Counted from the stretch's first letter, positions 47,457-57,864 are shown. The stretch: 64,000 bases of DNA from Cyclobacteriaceae bacterium (GCA_965229785.1 CBDDJS010000001.1:7744677-7808676); one strand, 5' to 3'. Numbers and translations are program-made. The notes: generated by a model not told the origin, from the letters alone.

Positions 47457-48863
47457 TCACAACTGAATACCAACCGTATAACCGGGCCACACTTGATAAG
47501 TCCAGTCGTTCAGCGACCCTTCCATCCCATTGAAGGTGGTAATCAATGGTTGGTCATCACTCAAATGGCCGTTGATAGAAATACCTCCAAAGATGTAAAT
47601 GCCTCGAAGCTTAACACCCACTTCGGAGTGAACCCTGCTCAACAAGCTTAGATCGGCTTTCAGCTTTCGCGTGGTACTTAAATGCATCAGTCTGAGTCCG
47701 GTAGATATGAAGTAGCGCTTATTTCGTCGATCTTGAGGGACCATGGACGCTTTATTGTAGAAGATCCTTTCAAATCCATATCCGATACCGATCCGACGAT
47801 TGGTTCCGTACTGATCAGTAGGATTGTAAGCGAGGATCAGGGCATTTTGATTGACGATCATGAAATTCCCATCCAAAGGCATCGCCGATTTGGTGAAACT
47901 GCAGTTAAGGCAATTCCCGGTGGTATATTCTACCGTTGACAAGAAAAGATCATCACTATAGAGTCGAACATGAGACCCTCTGCTCCCGATGTTGAATAAT
48001 GCGATAGGCGTGCCGTAAGAGCCGATCACACCACCTTCAAAGGGACCGACACTGTAAATATTGATCAATCCGATTCTCGTACCTCGTGCCCGACTTCCGA
48101 AATTGATCAGCCCCAGTTGGAAGCCTTCCATGAACCTGGCGCGATTGACCAGTCCGATTTGAACTCCTGTGCCCGGAATGGCTTGTTTTTTGATCCCACC
48201 GCTTGTTTTCTTTGCTACATTGATCATGCCGATTTGAATACCCTTGACTTCCCATTTTGTTTGGTTGAGCCCCAGGCTTATCTGCACGCCACTGGTTGAT
48301 CGGTTCACACGATTGAATAGCCCTCCCAATTGAACCCCATCGAAATTATGGCCAACTTCATTACCTAATCCGGCTAGTTGAAAGGCCTGGGTATAGGCAT
48401 TGTTGATATTGAACCCGCCGGTGAGTTGTATGCCCACCGCATTGGTACGAACGAAATTCATGAATCCTGCTACTTGAATGCCTTGAAGTTTGGGAGCGTC
48501 TTTGCTTTTGCGAACTTCTCTTTCTTCCCATTTAGTAAGGTTGACGTAACTGTTTCCCCCTACGATATTGGCTAATCCGGAAATCTGAAGGCCACTCACT
48601 GACCTTAGGCTCATGCTCGAAATAAGGCTTAAATCGAGGAAATAACTTCCTGCAGAAACACCACTCGTAAGATTGATAGAAACATCGTTGAAATAATGAC
48701 CACTTTCCAGACCATGTGTCCCTATCCCGGGGAAAAGTGAGAATTGGAAGGATTTGTCCCGATATCGTAGTTTCTTGTCCTGCGCAGACACAATAACCGA
48801 AATATAGAGGAGCAAACAAAAGAACATAGCTCTTCTGTGCTTAACACATAAGCTGTTTGACAT
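47457..48863 (-). CDS. surface/outer-membrane protein with about 10 tandem G-[VI]-Q-[IL]-G-[LF]-x-N repeats
   Basis: Repeats GLQISGLAN, GIQVAGFMN, GIQLTGGFN, FQLAGLGN, GVQLGGLFN, GVQISLGLN, GIQIGMIN, GVQIGLVN, GFQLGLIN and GTRIGLIN occur at about 18-22 aa spacing. I prefer the start at the ATG at 48863 (a signal-peptide-like KHRRAMFFCLLLYISVIVSAQ follows); the track start is 48887. Confidence 0.6.
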   Translation of the reverse strand: MSNSLCVKHRRAMFFCLLLYISVIVSAQDKKLRYRDKSFQFSLFPGIGTHGLESGHYFNDVSINLTSGVSAGSYFLDLSLISSMSLRSVSGLQISGLANIVGGNSYVNLTKWEEREVRKSKDAPKLQGIQVAGFMNFVRTNAVGIQLTGGFNINNAYTQAFQLAGLGNEVGHNFDGVQLGGLFNRVNRSTSGVQISLGLNQTKWEVKGIQIGMINVAKKTSGGIKKQAIPGTGVQIGLVNRARFMEGFQLGLINFGSRARGTRIGLINIYSVGPFEGGVIGSYGTPIALFNIGSRGSHVRLYSDDLFLSTVEYTTGNCLNCSFTKSAMPLDGNFMIVNQNALILAYNPTDQYGTNRRIGIGYGFERIFYNKASMVPQDRRNKRYFISTGLRLMHLSTTRKLKADLSLLSRVHSEVGVKLRGIYIFGGISINGHLSDDQPLITTFNGMEGSLNDWTYQVWPGYTVGIQL

Positions 48864-49113
48864 AGGTTGGTAATTAGCATAACACAATTCAGCACTTCTG
48901 GAGTGCTACCTCTCTAACGAGTACTACACTTAAATCTTGAGTGCGTTCAATGAATTGTTGAAAAAGCATGGATTATACTGATGTGATAAGCGCTAGCGAA
49001 GTTCTAAAATGAGTATTTCAAACAATGGTAGCCGTTCTGTAATTTTTGATTTACGTTATATATTTACGGATAATGGAAGTTTCCATGGTGTTGTTTGATA
49101 TCAATCACGCCCA

Positions 49114-51252
49114 ATGCCACTAACACGAGAAATACGTACCCTCAGGAGGATATTTCTGCTACTCCTAACCAGCCTTACCATCATGGCTGGATCAGTATTT
49201 GTTTACATATTCGGTGACGCAAAGCGTGATCAGGTCAGTGATCTTATGTATGCCGCCAAAGTGATCCAGAGTTATTATGAACTCAGTTTTCATCAGTGGG
49301 AGTTAAGTCTATTGAGTGTAGGCAACAGGATGTTGGAAATTGATGATCCTGGTGCACGGCTTGATTATGCTAATGAGGCGCTGGAAGTTTATGAAAAGGA
49401 ATTACTTGCCTTCGGTTTTGCAGATACCAGTGGACAAGTACTTACCTTCACAGGAAGGAGATTAAATGATTCGCTGCCAAATCTGAGAATGTCCGAAGAC
49501 ACTCGAAGGTCATTTGATCTTGCTTTGGAGCGACGTGGCATTTCACTTGGAGAGAGCTATTATTTCGAAAACGTGGCCGACTGGATCTTGCCTATTCGAG
49601 TACCCATTCGAAATGATCAGAACGAGATTGTGGCCGTAAACACTTCCGCTATTGATTACAGTTCCCTGATTGCTGAGTTGGAAGCTTTTGGGTTTGATAA
49701 GAACTATCAGATTCACCTGAAAAATAATGATTTCAATACTACGCAGTTGTTCTACCCTTTGGACAGTGACCGGTATTCGCAAGTCCTCGGGTCTGATACT
49801 TTGGATTACGTCGATATAGATACGGTTGGGGTATTCGAAGGCCTCCATATCATGGTAGGAAAGAATCCCTTTACCAAAGAAGATGGGATGTTGGTTTGTA
49901 CGGATATCGCTCCAGTCAATCATCGCCTGATCATTTCTGTTTCGGGATCGATTGTTTATGCGCAAATCCTCGAACGATTCAAGCTTGGATTGATCGTATA
50001 TCTGGTATTGTTAGTGTCATCATTCTTTTTGTACCGGTATTTGAGGAAGAACCTCAAAACTTCTTTATCCAAGGTGAGAACCGAGCAGGCCAACCTCAAA
50101 TCCATTTTTGAGAGCACTTCAAGTGTCATAGGGTTATTTGATGAAAAAAAGCATTTATTGGAATTCAATAGTGCTTTCAATAACTACTCCATGTTGACCG
50201 ATAAACTTCCGTTGGAAAAACACATGGATTTATTGTCAAAGATCAAACACCGTGAGTCAGCCGAAGTATTCAGTAAATTCATGGATCGGGCCCTGGGCGG
50301 AGAAAAATTTCAGGAAGAGGTATCTTACCCCGGACCTAATGGTGAGCTAACTTTTCGATTCACGTACAATCCTGTTTATGATGAAGGTCAGGTAGTAGGT
50401 TTTGCTTTCTTCGCAGAAGATATCACAGAAATACGGAGTTATCAGCGACAGTTGGAAGAATACAACAAAGGGTTGGAGCAAAAAGTACTTGAGCGCACGC
50501 AAGAACTAGGGAGGAAAAATCAGGAATTAGAAGAAGGCTATCAAAAACTCAAAACAACCCAGCAACAATTGATAAAGGCGGAGAAAATGGCCTCTTTAGG
50601 CATACTTTCAGCGGGTATCGGCCATGAGATCAACAATCCATTAAACTTCATTAAGCATGGAGCTATATCACTTAAGGAGCAGTTGCAATCCAACAACGAT
50701 ATGGTGGATTATGATCAGTATTTTCAGGTCATTGAGGAAGGAGTAAATAGAGCGTCAACCATTGTCATGGGTCTTTCGCATTTCAGCAGAACCGGGGAGG
50801 CCATGGATGAAGAGTGTGACTTGCATCAGGTATTGGACAACAGCCTGACTTTGTTGACCAATCGATTAAAATCCAAGAGTATTGAGATCGTTAAGTCGTA
50901 TGCTGCGGACCCGCGCGTGATTGCCGGAAATGAAGGGAAATTGCATCAGGTTTTTACCAATATCATTACCAATGCTGAGCAAGCCATTTTAAAGAAAGGC
51001 ACGATCAGGTTGAGTAGTAGTAATCAGCAAAACCGGGTGGTTATCGAGATAGCCGATAGCGGAACCGGCATGGATAGATCGACCTTGCAAAAAATCACTG
51101 ATCCTTTTTTTACCACCAAAAGCCCGGGTGAAGGGACTGGATTGGGCCTTTTCATTTGTCAGATGATCATCGATGAACATGATGCTCAAATGGAAGTGTT
51201 TTCCGAGATAGGTGGAGGCACCACATTTGTATTAAGCTTCAAAGCCCTTTGA
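49114..51252 (+). CDS. sensor histidine kinase (two TM helices, periplasmic sensor domain, PAS, HisKA, HATPase_c)
   Basis: H-box SAGIGHEINNPLNF, N-box FTNIITNAEQA and G-boxes IADSGTGM and GTGLGLFICQ. A PAS-like segment precedes a coiled coil. There is no adjacent response regulator. Confidence 0.85.
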   Translation: MPLTREIRTLRRIFLLLLTSLTIMAGSVFVYIFGDAKRDQVSDLMYAAKVIQSYYELSFHQWELSLLSVGNRMLEIDDPGARLDYANEALEVYEKELLAFGFADTSGQVLTFTGRRLNDSLPNLRMSEDTRRSFDLALERRGISLGESYYFENVADWILPIRVPIRNDQNEIVAVNTSAIDYSSLIAELEAFGFDKNYQIHLKNNDFNTTQLFYPLDSDRYSQVLGSDTLDYVDIDTVGVFEGLHIMVGKNPFTKEDGMLVCTDIAPVNHRLIISVSGSIVYAQILERFKLGLIVYLVLLVSSFFLYRYLRKNLKTSLSKVRTEQANLKSIFESTSSVIGLFDEKKHLLEFNSAFNNYSMLTDKLPLEKHMDLLSKIKHRESAEVFSKFMDRALGGEKFQEEVSYPGPNGELTFRFTYNPVYDEGQVVGFAFFAEDITEIRSYQRQLEEYNKGLEQKVLERTQELGRKNQELEEGYQKLKTTQQQLIKAEKMASLGILSAGIGHEINNPLNFIKHGAISLKEQLQSNNDMVDYDQYFQVIEEGVNRASTIVMGLSHFSRTGEAMDEECDLHQVLDNSLTLLTNRLKSKSIEIVKSYAADPRVIAGNEGKLHQVFTNIITNAEQAILKKGTIRLSSSNQQNRVVIEIADSGTGMDRSTLQKITDPFFTTKSPGEGTGLGLFICQMIIDEHDAQMEVFSEIGGGTTFVLSFKAL

Positions 51253-51260
51253 GACATGAT

Positions 51261-52748
51261 TTACTCCAACATGCCTCCGATATTCCAGTAGTAGATCAAA
51301 AAAGAAAGGCCGGTGAACGCTATTGTGAAAATCAAATAAGACAATCTTCCCTTTGCTTTTTCTCTCAACAAAACCACACAGCGATACATAAAGTACAAAG
51401 CTGCTAAACCCAGAAACAACTGGATCATGAAAGGGTAAAAGCTGAGTGAAATGGATGCTGAACGGGTTCCATCAAGAATTTGCAGCAACTGATAGGCCAC
51501 CAATGCAATGGATACGCTGGCAAATATCACCGGAATCTTCAAGAAGCTTGGCTTGCCGCGGAGGTGGCGGATCAAAAATGAAATGATGATCACCAACAGA
51601 ATGATCAGAAAAACACCAAGGGGAACTATACTTCTGATGAATCGATTCCTAAAGGCCGTTTCATGGGCCCAATTGATGCTTTTATTGGCATATCCCGCTT
51701 CTTTCAGAAGAATAGTCGCATCTACTTGTGTTAGCTTTTTTACTTCTGGATAAATGGATTTTGCCTGTTTACTATCAATCAGAAGCATAGGTGCTTCTTC
51801 GAAAACCGAAGCATCAATCAGACTTCTTTCTGGATTGTAACGGTGAATAGAGATCGACAAAGTTTTTTGATCTTTTTGTTGAGCTTCCTGACGGACATGG
51901 TTACCAAACGTGAGTATGCCATTTGGCCCCACGCCATACATGGTGTGCGCTCCGCCCATTTTAAATATAGCTTTAGCATCAGGAGCAGCCTTAAGATAAT
52001 GGTCAAAATTGGTTCCCATGAGCAACTCTCTGGATTGCACAGATGCATTTCTGGTGGCTGGGTTCATCCATCGATGGAAAATGTCGATGGTTTGCCGTAA
52101 TTCCTTCAGGATTTGGTCTTTCTCAGCGGAATCATTCGATTTGAATATGGCCTCCAGAGCATTGATGTCTTCCTGGTGATCTTGTCGGGTATACCTGCCC
52201 ATTTTGAGCGTGGCTTTAAGGAAAGCACCTCGGGCAATCCTTCTTTGTTGGTTGGTATTGGCCAGTGCAATCAGTCGGGCATAGGGATGTATAGCAGTTT
52301 GCATCTGATCCACTCCCCAGATCGGCGTTTGGATCGATGGATTCAAGTCAATGGCCGATTGCATTAGCTTCAAATCTCCATTCGTGTCAAAAGCGATGCT
52401 GTGAGGATGCTTTTGAGCGAAGGCTGATACGCCTTGTTCGGCAGCACGTTGAGTCGTCCAGCCATCGGCTTCCAGTATCAAATAATGAAATTTTTTTGAA
52501 TGCAGTTCGCGGTACATGAAATCGACAAATTCCGCGATCCCCTCTACGCCGTGTTGTTCACCAAACATGAGGAACTGAACACTGTCAGCTTTTTTTAAGA
52601 TCCAGTCAATGCCCGGGCCTGTATAAGTGCCATTATTCTCCAGAATTGGATAGAGGTAGTGATCATCTTCCTGAGCCAGTAGAACATGGGACAGAAAGAT
52701 GAAAAGTAATGACAATAGGTATGAAGATTTAATTGCGTTTTGGGGCAT
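51261..52748 (-). CDS. hypothetical membrane protein (secreted N-terminal domain plus four C-terminal TM helices)
   Basis: 495 aa with a signal peptide. An N-terminal FGEQHG block is faintly reminiscent of ChaN/erythromycin-esterase-like folds, which I do not consider established. Confidence 0.5.
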   Translation of the reverse strand: MPQNAIKSSYLLSLLFIFLSHVLLAQEDDHYLYPILENNGTYTGPGIDWILKKADSVQFLMFGEQHGVEGIAEFVDFMYRELHSKKFHYLILEADGWTTQRAAEQGVSAFAQKHPHSIAFDTNGDLKLMQSAIDLNPSIQTPIWGVDQMQTAIHPYARLIALANTNQQRRIARGAFLKATLKMGRYTRQDHQEDINALEAIFKSNDSAEKDQILKELRQTIDIFHRWMNPATRNASVQSRELLMGTNFDHYLKAAPDAKAIFKMGGAHTMYGVGPNGILTFGNHVRQEAQQKDQKTLSISIHRYNPERSLIDASVFEEAPMLLIDSKQAKSIYPEVKKLTQVDATILLKEAGYANKSINWAHETAFRNRFIRSIVPLGVFLIILLVIIISFLIRHLRGKPSFLKIPVIFASVSIALVAYQLLQILDGTRSASISLSFYPFMIQLFLGLAALYFMYRCVVLLREKAKGRLSYLIFTIAFTGLSFLIYYWNIGGMLE

Positions 52749-52983
52749 TGTTGCAGGTTCAAAGACATGATGATTTCACTCAATATTACTGGTTGAAATT
52801 CATCCTGAGTTTTCCGGTAAAGCAAAATGGCTGTTTAAATGAGTTTTGGATGAGCGAATGGATTTCACTCAACCTTCGAATGTCATGGTTCAGCGCTAAG
52901 GGCAATTGATTCAAGGTTAAAAAGTAATTATTCGCTTAAATTATCGCGTCGTAAATGCTGCACTTAGTGAGATTTGGCCTCTA

Positions 52984-53997
52984 ATGATGAATCTGATCAT
53001 CCGTAAAAATATCTGGTATCCGCCCTTGCTTGCCACAGTGCTCTATGGCATTTATGTGATCAGTACAAATTTTAATTCACCAGAAAACTTTTCCTGGATT
53101 GCACTCTCCAAGTCCATCATTCAATTTTATGCCTACTTATTTTTTATTGGTTTCATCGATAAAAAGGTAGAGGGGTGGGACTTTAATGAAAACCTCAAAT
53201 TGGTGATCACGGCGGTCCTTGGGTGGGTAGTATCCATGATTTTTGGATTGATCTTTTACGTGATCGTAAAGCAGACTTTGATTGTTCTGCATAATCAAAA
53301 TGATAGCATCGGATTTTATCATCTGTTGATTACTTCCCTGAGTATTACAGTGGGATATGTATTGATCTTAAGCATGTATTGGGTGACTAGAAGCAGTCGA
53401 CAACAATTGGAAGCTGAACTTCGTCAGGCAGCCTATGAAAAGGAACAATTGCAACTTCGGTATGAGCTTTTGTACAATAAGCTGGAACCGCATTTTTTAT
53501 TCAATAACCTCAATACACTGCACAGTCTAATCGTAGAAGAAAATAAGGCTGCGGAAGGATTTGTTATGAGTTTATCAAAGGTCATGCGTTATAGTTTCCA
53601 GTCACAAGATCAGGATGCGATTACCGTGGAGGAAGAGTTGAAGGTTTTCGATCATTACATCTCCATCCTTAACGAACGGTTGGGTGATCAGCTGACTTAT
53701 CGGCTGAATGGTCAGCCCAATTCGAGATTGATCGTACCGATGACCTTTTTGAATTTGCTGGAAAATGTGATCAAGCACAATGAAATAGGAGCGGGTCATC
53801 CCCTGCTGATCACGATCGAATTCGGAGAAAACAATCTTCAGGTTTCTAATAATGTAAATCCCAGAACCACGAACGATCAGGGAAACAGTGGATTGAAAAC
53901 CCTGAAGGAGATATACCGGATCAAATCCGGCAAAGAAATGAGTTATGCACTGGATCAGGGCGTTTTTAAAGTTCAAATCCCTTACCTCACGGCATGA
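52984..53997 (+). CDS. LytS/YehU-type sensor histidine kinase
   Basis: Four to five N-terminal TM helices, then LEPHFLFNNLNTLHSLI (His_kinase domain) and a degenerate ATPase domain. Its stop overlaps the start of the LytTR regulator by 4 nt. Confidence 0.85.
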   Translation: MMNLIIRKNIWYPPLLATVLYGIYVISTNFNSPENFSWIALSKSIIQFYAYLFFIGFIDKKVEGWDFNENLKLVITAVLGWVVSMIFGLIFYVIVKQTLIVLHNQNDSIGFYHLLITSLSITVGYVLILSMYWVTRSSRQQLEAELRQAAYEKEQLQLRYELLYNKLEPHFLFNNLNTLHSLIVEENKAAEGFVMSLSKVMRYSFQSQDQDAITVEEELKVFDHYISILNERLGDQLTYRLNGQPNSRLIVPMTFLNLLENVIKHNEIGAGHPLLITIEFGENNLQVSNNVNPRTTNDQGNSGLKTLKEIYRIKSGKEMSYALDQGVFKVQIPYLTA

Positions 53998-54704
53998 ATG
54001 TATTGATCATAGAGGATGAGCGGAATTCTGCTGAAAAACTGAAGAAATACCTTCACCAAATTGATGAAGAGATCAAGGTGATGGCTGAATTAAGTAGCGT
54101 TCGTGAAAGTATTCGTTTTCTCAGGGAACGGAGAGATCCGGATTTGATATTTATTGACATTCAATTAGCCGATGGCGAGTCATTTGAGATTTTTGAACAG
54201 GTGTCCAGTGAAGCCTTTCTCATTTTTGTTACTGCGTATGACCAGCATGCGCTTCGGGCATTGGACCTGAAGGTTGTCAGTTATTTACTCAAACCATTTG
54301 ACCGGCAGGATGTCGCAAAAGCCCTGCAGAAGTATGATGGATTTCGGGAACAGAAGAAGTTGGAAGTACCGAAGGAACGATTTGTAGTCAAAAAGGGCAA
54401 TCGATCCTATACCTTTTCCATTCATGACATTGCTTATTTTGTAAAAGATCAGGTGCTGTATTTGGTGGCCAGGTCCGGGGAACGATTTTTGATGGACTAC
54501 ACCCTGGACGAGTTGGAAGCTAAGCTGAGTCCGGTACTGTTTTTCAGGATCAATAGAGGGTGTCTTATCCACTACGAAAGCATTGAGAGTTTTACCGCTG
54601 ACTCCAGTCATCGATACCGGATTAAATTGAAACAATCAGACGAGGAATTGATGGTTAGTCAATCCAGATCAAGCGATTTCAAACGTTGGGTACAGGCTTT
54701 TTGA
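53994..54704 (+). CDS. LytR/AlgR family response regulator (REC plus LytTR DNA-binding domain)
   Basis: A REC domain with DLIFIDIQLADG and a C-terminal LytTR domain (FFRINRGCLIH). Confidence 0.9.
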   Translation: MNVLIIEDERNSAEKLKKYLHQIDEEIKVMAELSSVRESIRFLRERRDPDLIFIDIQLADGESFEIFEQVSSEAFLIFVTAYDQHALRALDLKVVSYLLKPFDRQDVAKALQKYDGFREQKKLEVPKERFVVKKGNRSYTFSIHDIAYFVKDQVLYLVARSGERFLMDYTLDELEAKLSPVLFFRINRGCLIHYESIESFTADSSHRYRIKLKQSDEELMVSQSRSSDFKRWVQAF

Positions 54705-54785
54705 ACTGATAAGGCTCAGATAAGGATTTACGCTCGACTTCTCAGGTTGGCGGAGGTTCTCTGGGCTGGTTGATCTCTCGAAGCC

Positions 54786-55991
54786 CTAAGCCAACTTCTC
54801 AAACGTCAATTTCGGATTTTTCAAAGCCTTCATGCTACTGGCCAATCCTTCCAGGGTCAGTGGAAACATTCGGTTGTTGAAAAACTGCTGTAGCATTTGT
54901 GTAGATTCGGAATACTGCCAGTAGGAGAGGTGCGTCGGATTGAGCCAGATCACACTTTTGAAGTGGTCTCTGATGCGCTCTAACCAAACAAATCCGGCTT
55001 CCTGATTGTGATGTTCAACGGAGCCACCCGCGTAAGTCAACTCATAGGGTCCCATCGAGGCATCACCAACAATGATCACTTTGTAATCGGGATTGTATTT
55101 GTGAAGAACGTCATAGGTAGAAGTCTTTTCATTCCAGCGTCGGCGGTTGTCCTTCCAAACTCCTTCGTAGATGCAATTGTGGAAGTAGAAATACTCCATG
55201 TGCTTGAACTCATGTCGGGCCGCAGTAAATAGCCGTTCACAGGCTTCAATATGACCATCCATGGAGCCGCCCACGTCGAAAAAGAGGAGCACTTTGACAT
55301 TGTTCTTTTTCTGTGCCTGTAAGGCAATGTCCAGATAGCCAGCATTTTCGGAGGTCTTCCTAATCGTATCGTCCAGATCAAGTTCTGTCGGTAATCCTTC
55401 TCTTGTCAGGATCCTCAATCGCTTCAGGGCCATTTTCATGGTCCGGGTATTCAGTTCTACGTCTCCCGAAAGATTCTTAAACTCACGTTTGTCCCAGACC
55501 TTGGCAGCTCTGCCGGCACCGGATCCTTTTTGCCCAACACGGATACCCTCAGGGTTATAGCCGTAAGCCCCAAAGGGTGAAGTGCCTCCGGTTCCTATCC
55601 ATTTGTTTCCACCACCGTGTCTCTTTTCCTGTTCTTTGAGTAGTTCTTTCATTCGCTCAATGAGCTTATCAAGACCACCCAGTGCTTCAATTTTCTTTTT
55701 ATCCTCTTCCGATAAATCACGGATTTGCCCCTTCTTCAGCCATTCCTCTGGAATATCCGCAGTAAAATCTTCCGCATCACCTTCTACTCCCTGGAAGAAG
55801 CTCCCGAATACACGATCAAACAGATCGTACTGATGCTCACTTTTTACCCAGGTGGCTTTACACAGATAATAGAAGTCATCGACACTATTGCCCACTACTT
55901 CTTTATCCAGTGCCTCCAACAAATGGAACAGATCCACCATGCTGATGGTCAGTCCTGCTCGTTTGGCGAAATAGAAGAAGCTAATGAACAT
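54786..55991 (-). CDS. VWA domain protein, CoxE-like
   Basis: 401 aa. The N-terminal FFYFAKRAGLTIS...DLFHLLEAL block and the MIDAS-like FFDVGGSMDGH are as in CoxE-type VWA proteins. It lies 6 nt downstream of the MoxR-like ATPase. Confidence 0.8.
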   Translation of the reverse strand: MFISFFYFAKRAGLTISMVDLFHLLEALDKEVVGNSVDDFYYLCKATWVKSEHQYDLFDRVFGSFFQGVEGDAEDFTADIPEEWLKKGQIRDLSEEDKKKIEALGGLDKLIERMKELLKEQEKRHGGGNKWIGTGGTSPFGAYGYNPEGIRVGQKGSGAGRAAKVWDKREFKNLSGDVELNTRTMKMALKRLRILTREGLPTELDLDDTIRKTSENAGYLDIALQAQKKNNVKVLLFFDVGGSMDGHIEACERLFTAARHEFKHMEYFYFHNCIYEGVWKDNRRRWNEKTSTYDVLHKYNPDYKVIIVGDASMGPYELTYAGGSVEHHNQEAGFVWLERIRDHFKSVIWLNPTHLSYWQYSESTQMLQQFFNNRMFPLTLEGLASSMKALKNPKLTFEKLA

Positions 55992-55997
55992 GAGGGA

Positions 55998-56843
55998 TCA
56001 ATTTAAGAAGCTGGAACCAAAACGTGTCACGAACTCAATATCCTGCTCATTTTTCAGAAGGGCTCCGCGATAAGGAAAGTCATCCTCAGAGATTTTCGTG
56101 TTGGCCAAATCTTCGTCAGTGGCTTTCACGGCCATGAGTAACCGTATCCAGTCAATCAATTCACTGGTTGAAGGCTTCTTTTTAAGCTGTGCAATGTCTC
56201 TTACTTCATAAAAACGCGTCAATGCCCTGTCAATCAATGTGTCCCGGATTTCCGGAAAATGGACCTTCACAATCTTGATCATCGTTTCGGGCTCGGGGAA
56301 TCGGATGTAGTGAAAGAAACATCTTCTCAGGAAAGCGTCGGGTAATTCCTTTTCATTATTCGAGGTAATGATCACAATGGGACGTTTCTTAGCCTTGATG
56401 GTTGCCTGGGTTTCGTATACGAAAAATTCCATACGATCCAATTCCAACAGCAAGTCATTTGGAAATTCGATATCTGCTTTATCAATCTCATCGATAAGTA
56501 ATACCACTTGCTCTTCCGCCTCAAAGGCCTCCCAAAGTTTTCCTTTCTTGATGTATTTACTAATATCAGCGACGTTATTGTCGCCCAATTGTGAATCTCT
56601 TAGGCGTGTTACGGCATCATATTCATACAATCCCTGTTGTGCGGTTGTCGTTGATTTGATGTGCCAGGTAATGAGTTTTTTATTCATAGCCTTGGCAATC
56701 TCATAAGCCAACAGTGTTTTTCCTGTTCCTGGTTCTCCTTTCAGGATCAGGGGTTTTTCCAAAGTGGCGGAAGCTTCCACGGCAATACTCAGTTCCCTCG
56801 TGGCTACGTACGAATCGGTTCCTTCAAATTTCATCTTGCTCAT
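55998..56843 (-). CDS. MoxR-class AAA+ ATPase, CoxD-like (AAA_5)
   Basis: 281 aa. Walker A in LILKGEPGTGKTLLA, Walker B in VLLIDEIDKA, and FLRRCFFHYIRFP. Confidence 0.85.
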   Translation of the reverse strand: MSKMKFEGTDSYVATRELSIAVEASATLEKPLILKGEPGTGKTLLAYEIAKAMNKKLITWHIKSTTTAQQGLYEYDAVTRLRDSQLGDNNVADISKYIKKGKLWEAFEAEEQVVLLIDEIDKADIEFPNDLLLELDRMEFFVYETQATIKAKKRPIVIITSNNEKELPDAFLRRCFFHYIRFPEPETMIKIVKVHFPEIRDTLIDRALTRFYEVRDIAQLKKKPSTSELIDWIRLLMAVKATDEDLANTKISEDDFPYRGALLKNEQDIEFVTRFGSSFLN

Positions 56844-56950
56844 ATAACACCTATAGTACTGCTGAAAGTTACCGCTTCTTTGTCATACAGGTGATTTTAA
56901 CTCGTGATGAGAACAAATACCAGATTAGTTTTGCCGTTACAATTAACAGA

Positions 56951-57670
56951 ATGATTCGGATACTCGTTTTCATAGGCTGCTTGAGTTGTGCCTGGATGGG
57001 GCAAGCCCAGTCGCGCTCATACCTTGGTTTAAGGGCAGGAGGACAAGCTTCATCGGCTTACATTGTGCATACTATTTTTCCAGTCAATATGGATGTGAAT
57101 TTTGTGCAAACAGCCCATGTGGGAGCGGTGTTCAAACATTTCAATTTCCGTTCGACCAATCCCAAAGCGTTGCAGGCGGGCTTTCAAACGGGTGTCAATT
57201 ACATTGAAAGAGGGTGGCAACAAAACTTTCCTGATGAATTCAGTTTGCAACCTTACCAAACCCGGCTCGGTTATTTGGAAGTCCCTGTTGAAGCCATTCT
57301 GTATTGGGGACAAAAAAGCACGAAATTTTATTTGACCATGGGGCTCTATTACGAGCGTTTGATTACTGATCGTGCTAAGAATCGACCAACGGATGAGCAG
57401 ATCACGGAATTAGAAGCCGCACAAACCAATTTCTATGAGTATGATGAAAGTAGAGGTGATCGCGTAAATGGATATGGTGGTCGATTCGCATTTGGCGCTT
57501 TCACGGACCTTCCCTTTGGTACTGTCCAATTGGAAATCTTCTCTTCAATTAGTTTCAGTGGTGTATTCGAATTTACTAATCGAACGACTGCTATACCTGA
57601 TCAATCTAACTTGTATTCCATCGGATTATCCGCTGCCTACCTCATTCGCTTCGGTAAACTGGCATTCTGA
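56951..57670 (+). CDS. outer-membrane beta-barrel protein (hypothetical)
   Basis: I prefer the ATG at 56951 (MIRILVFIGCLSCAWMGQAQ signal peptide). The longer track ORF from 56714 would overlap the MoxR gene. It has beta-strand periodicity and a C-terminal aromatic residue. Confidence 0.6.
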   Translation: MIRILVFIGCLSCAWMGQAQSRSYLGLRAGGQASSAYIVHTIFPVNMDVNFVQTAHVGAVFKHFNFRSTNPKALQAGFQTGVNYIERGWQQNFPDEFSLQPYQTRLGYLEVPVEAILYWGQKSTKFYLTMGLYYERLITDRAKNRPTDEQITELEAAQTNFYEYDESRGDRVNGYGGRFAFGAFTDLPFGTVQLEIFSSISFSGVFEFTNRTTAIPDQSNLYSIGLSAAYLIRFGKLAF

Positions 57671-57864
57671 TAGTTTTGCGAAAACGTTTTCGGCGATCAG
57701 ACTGGCATGTGTTATCCGTCAATTTTGTATTATCATACGAATGAATTTGCAATAACAAACGTTTGAAATTATAAATTTTAACAGAAAACTAACATTCTGT
57801 TGTTTTTGTGAACAATAATTCGAATAATTTTGCATCAAATTCATAATTGACCACCACAAAGGTT

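Noticed and set aside
56714-56950. Long N-terminal extension of the beta-barrel ORF (track ORF 56714..57670).
   Set aside because: The extension overlaps the 5' end of the MoxR-like gene on the other strand and lacks protein-like features. A clean signal peptide begins at the ATG at 56951.
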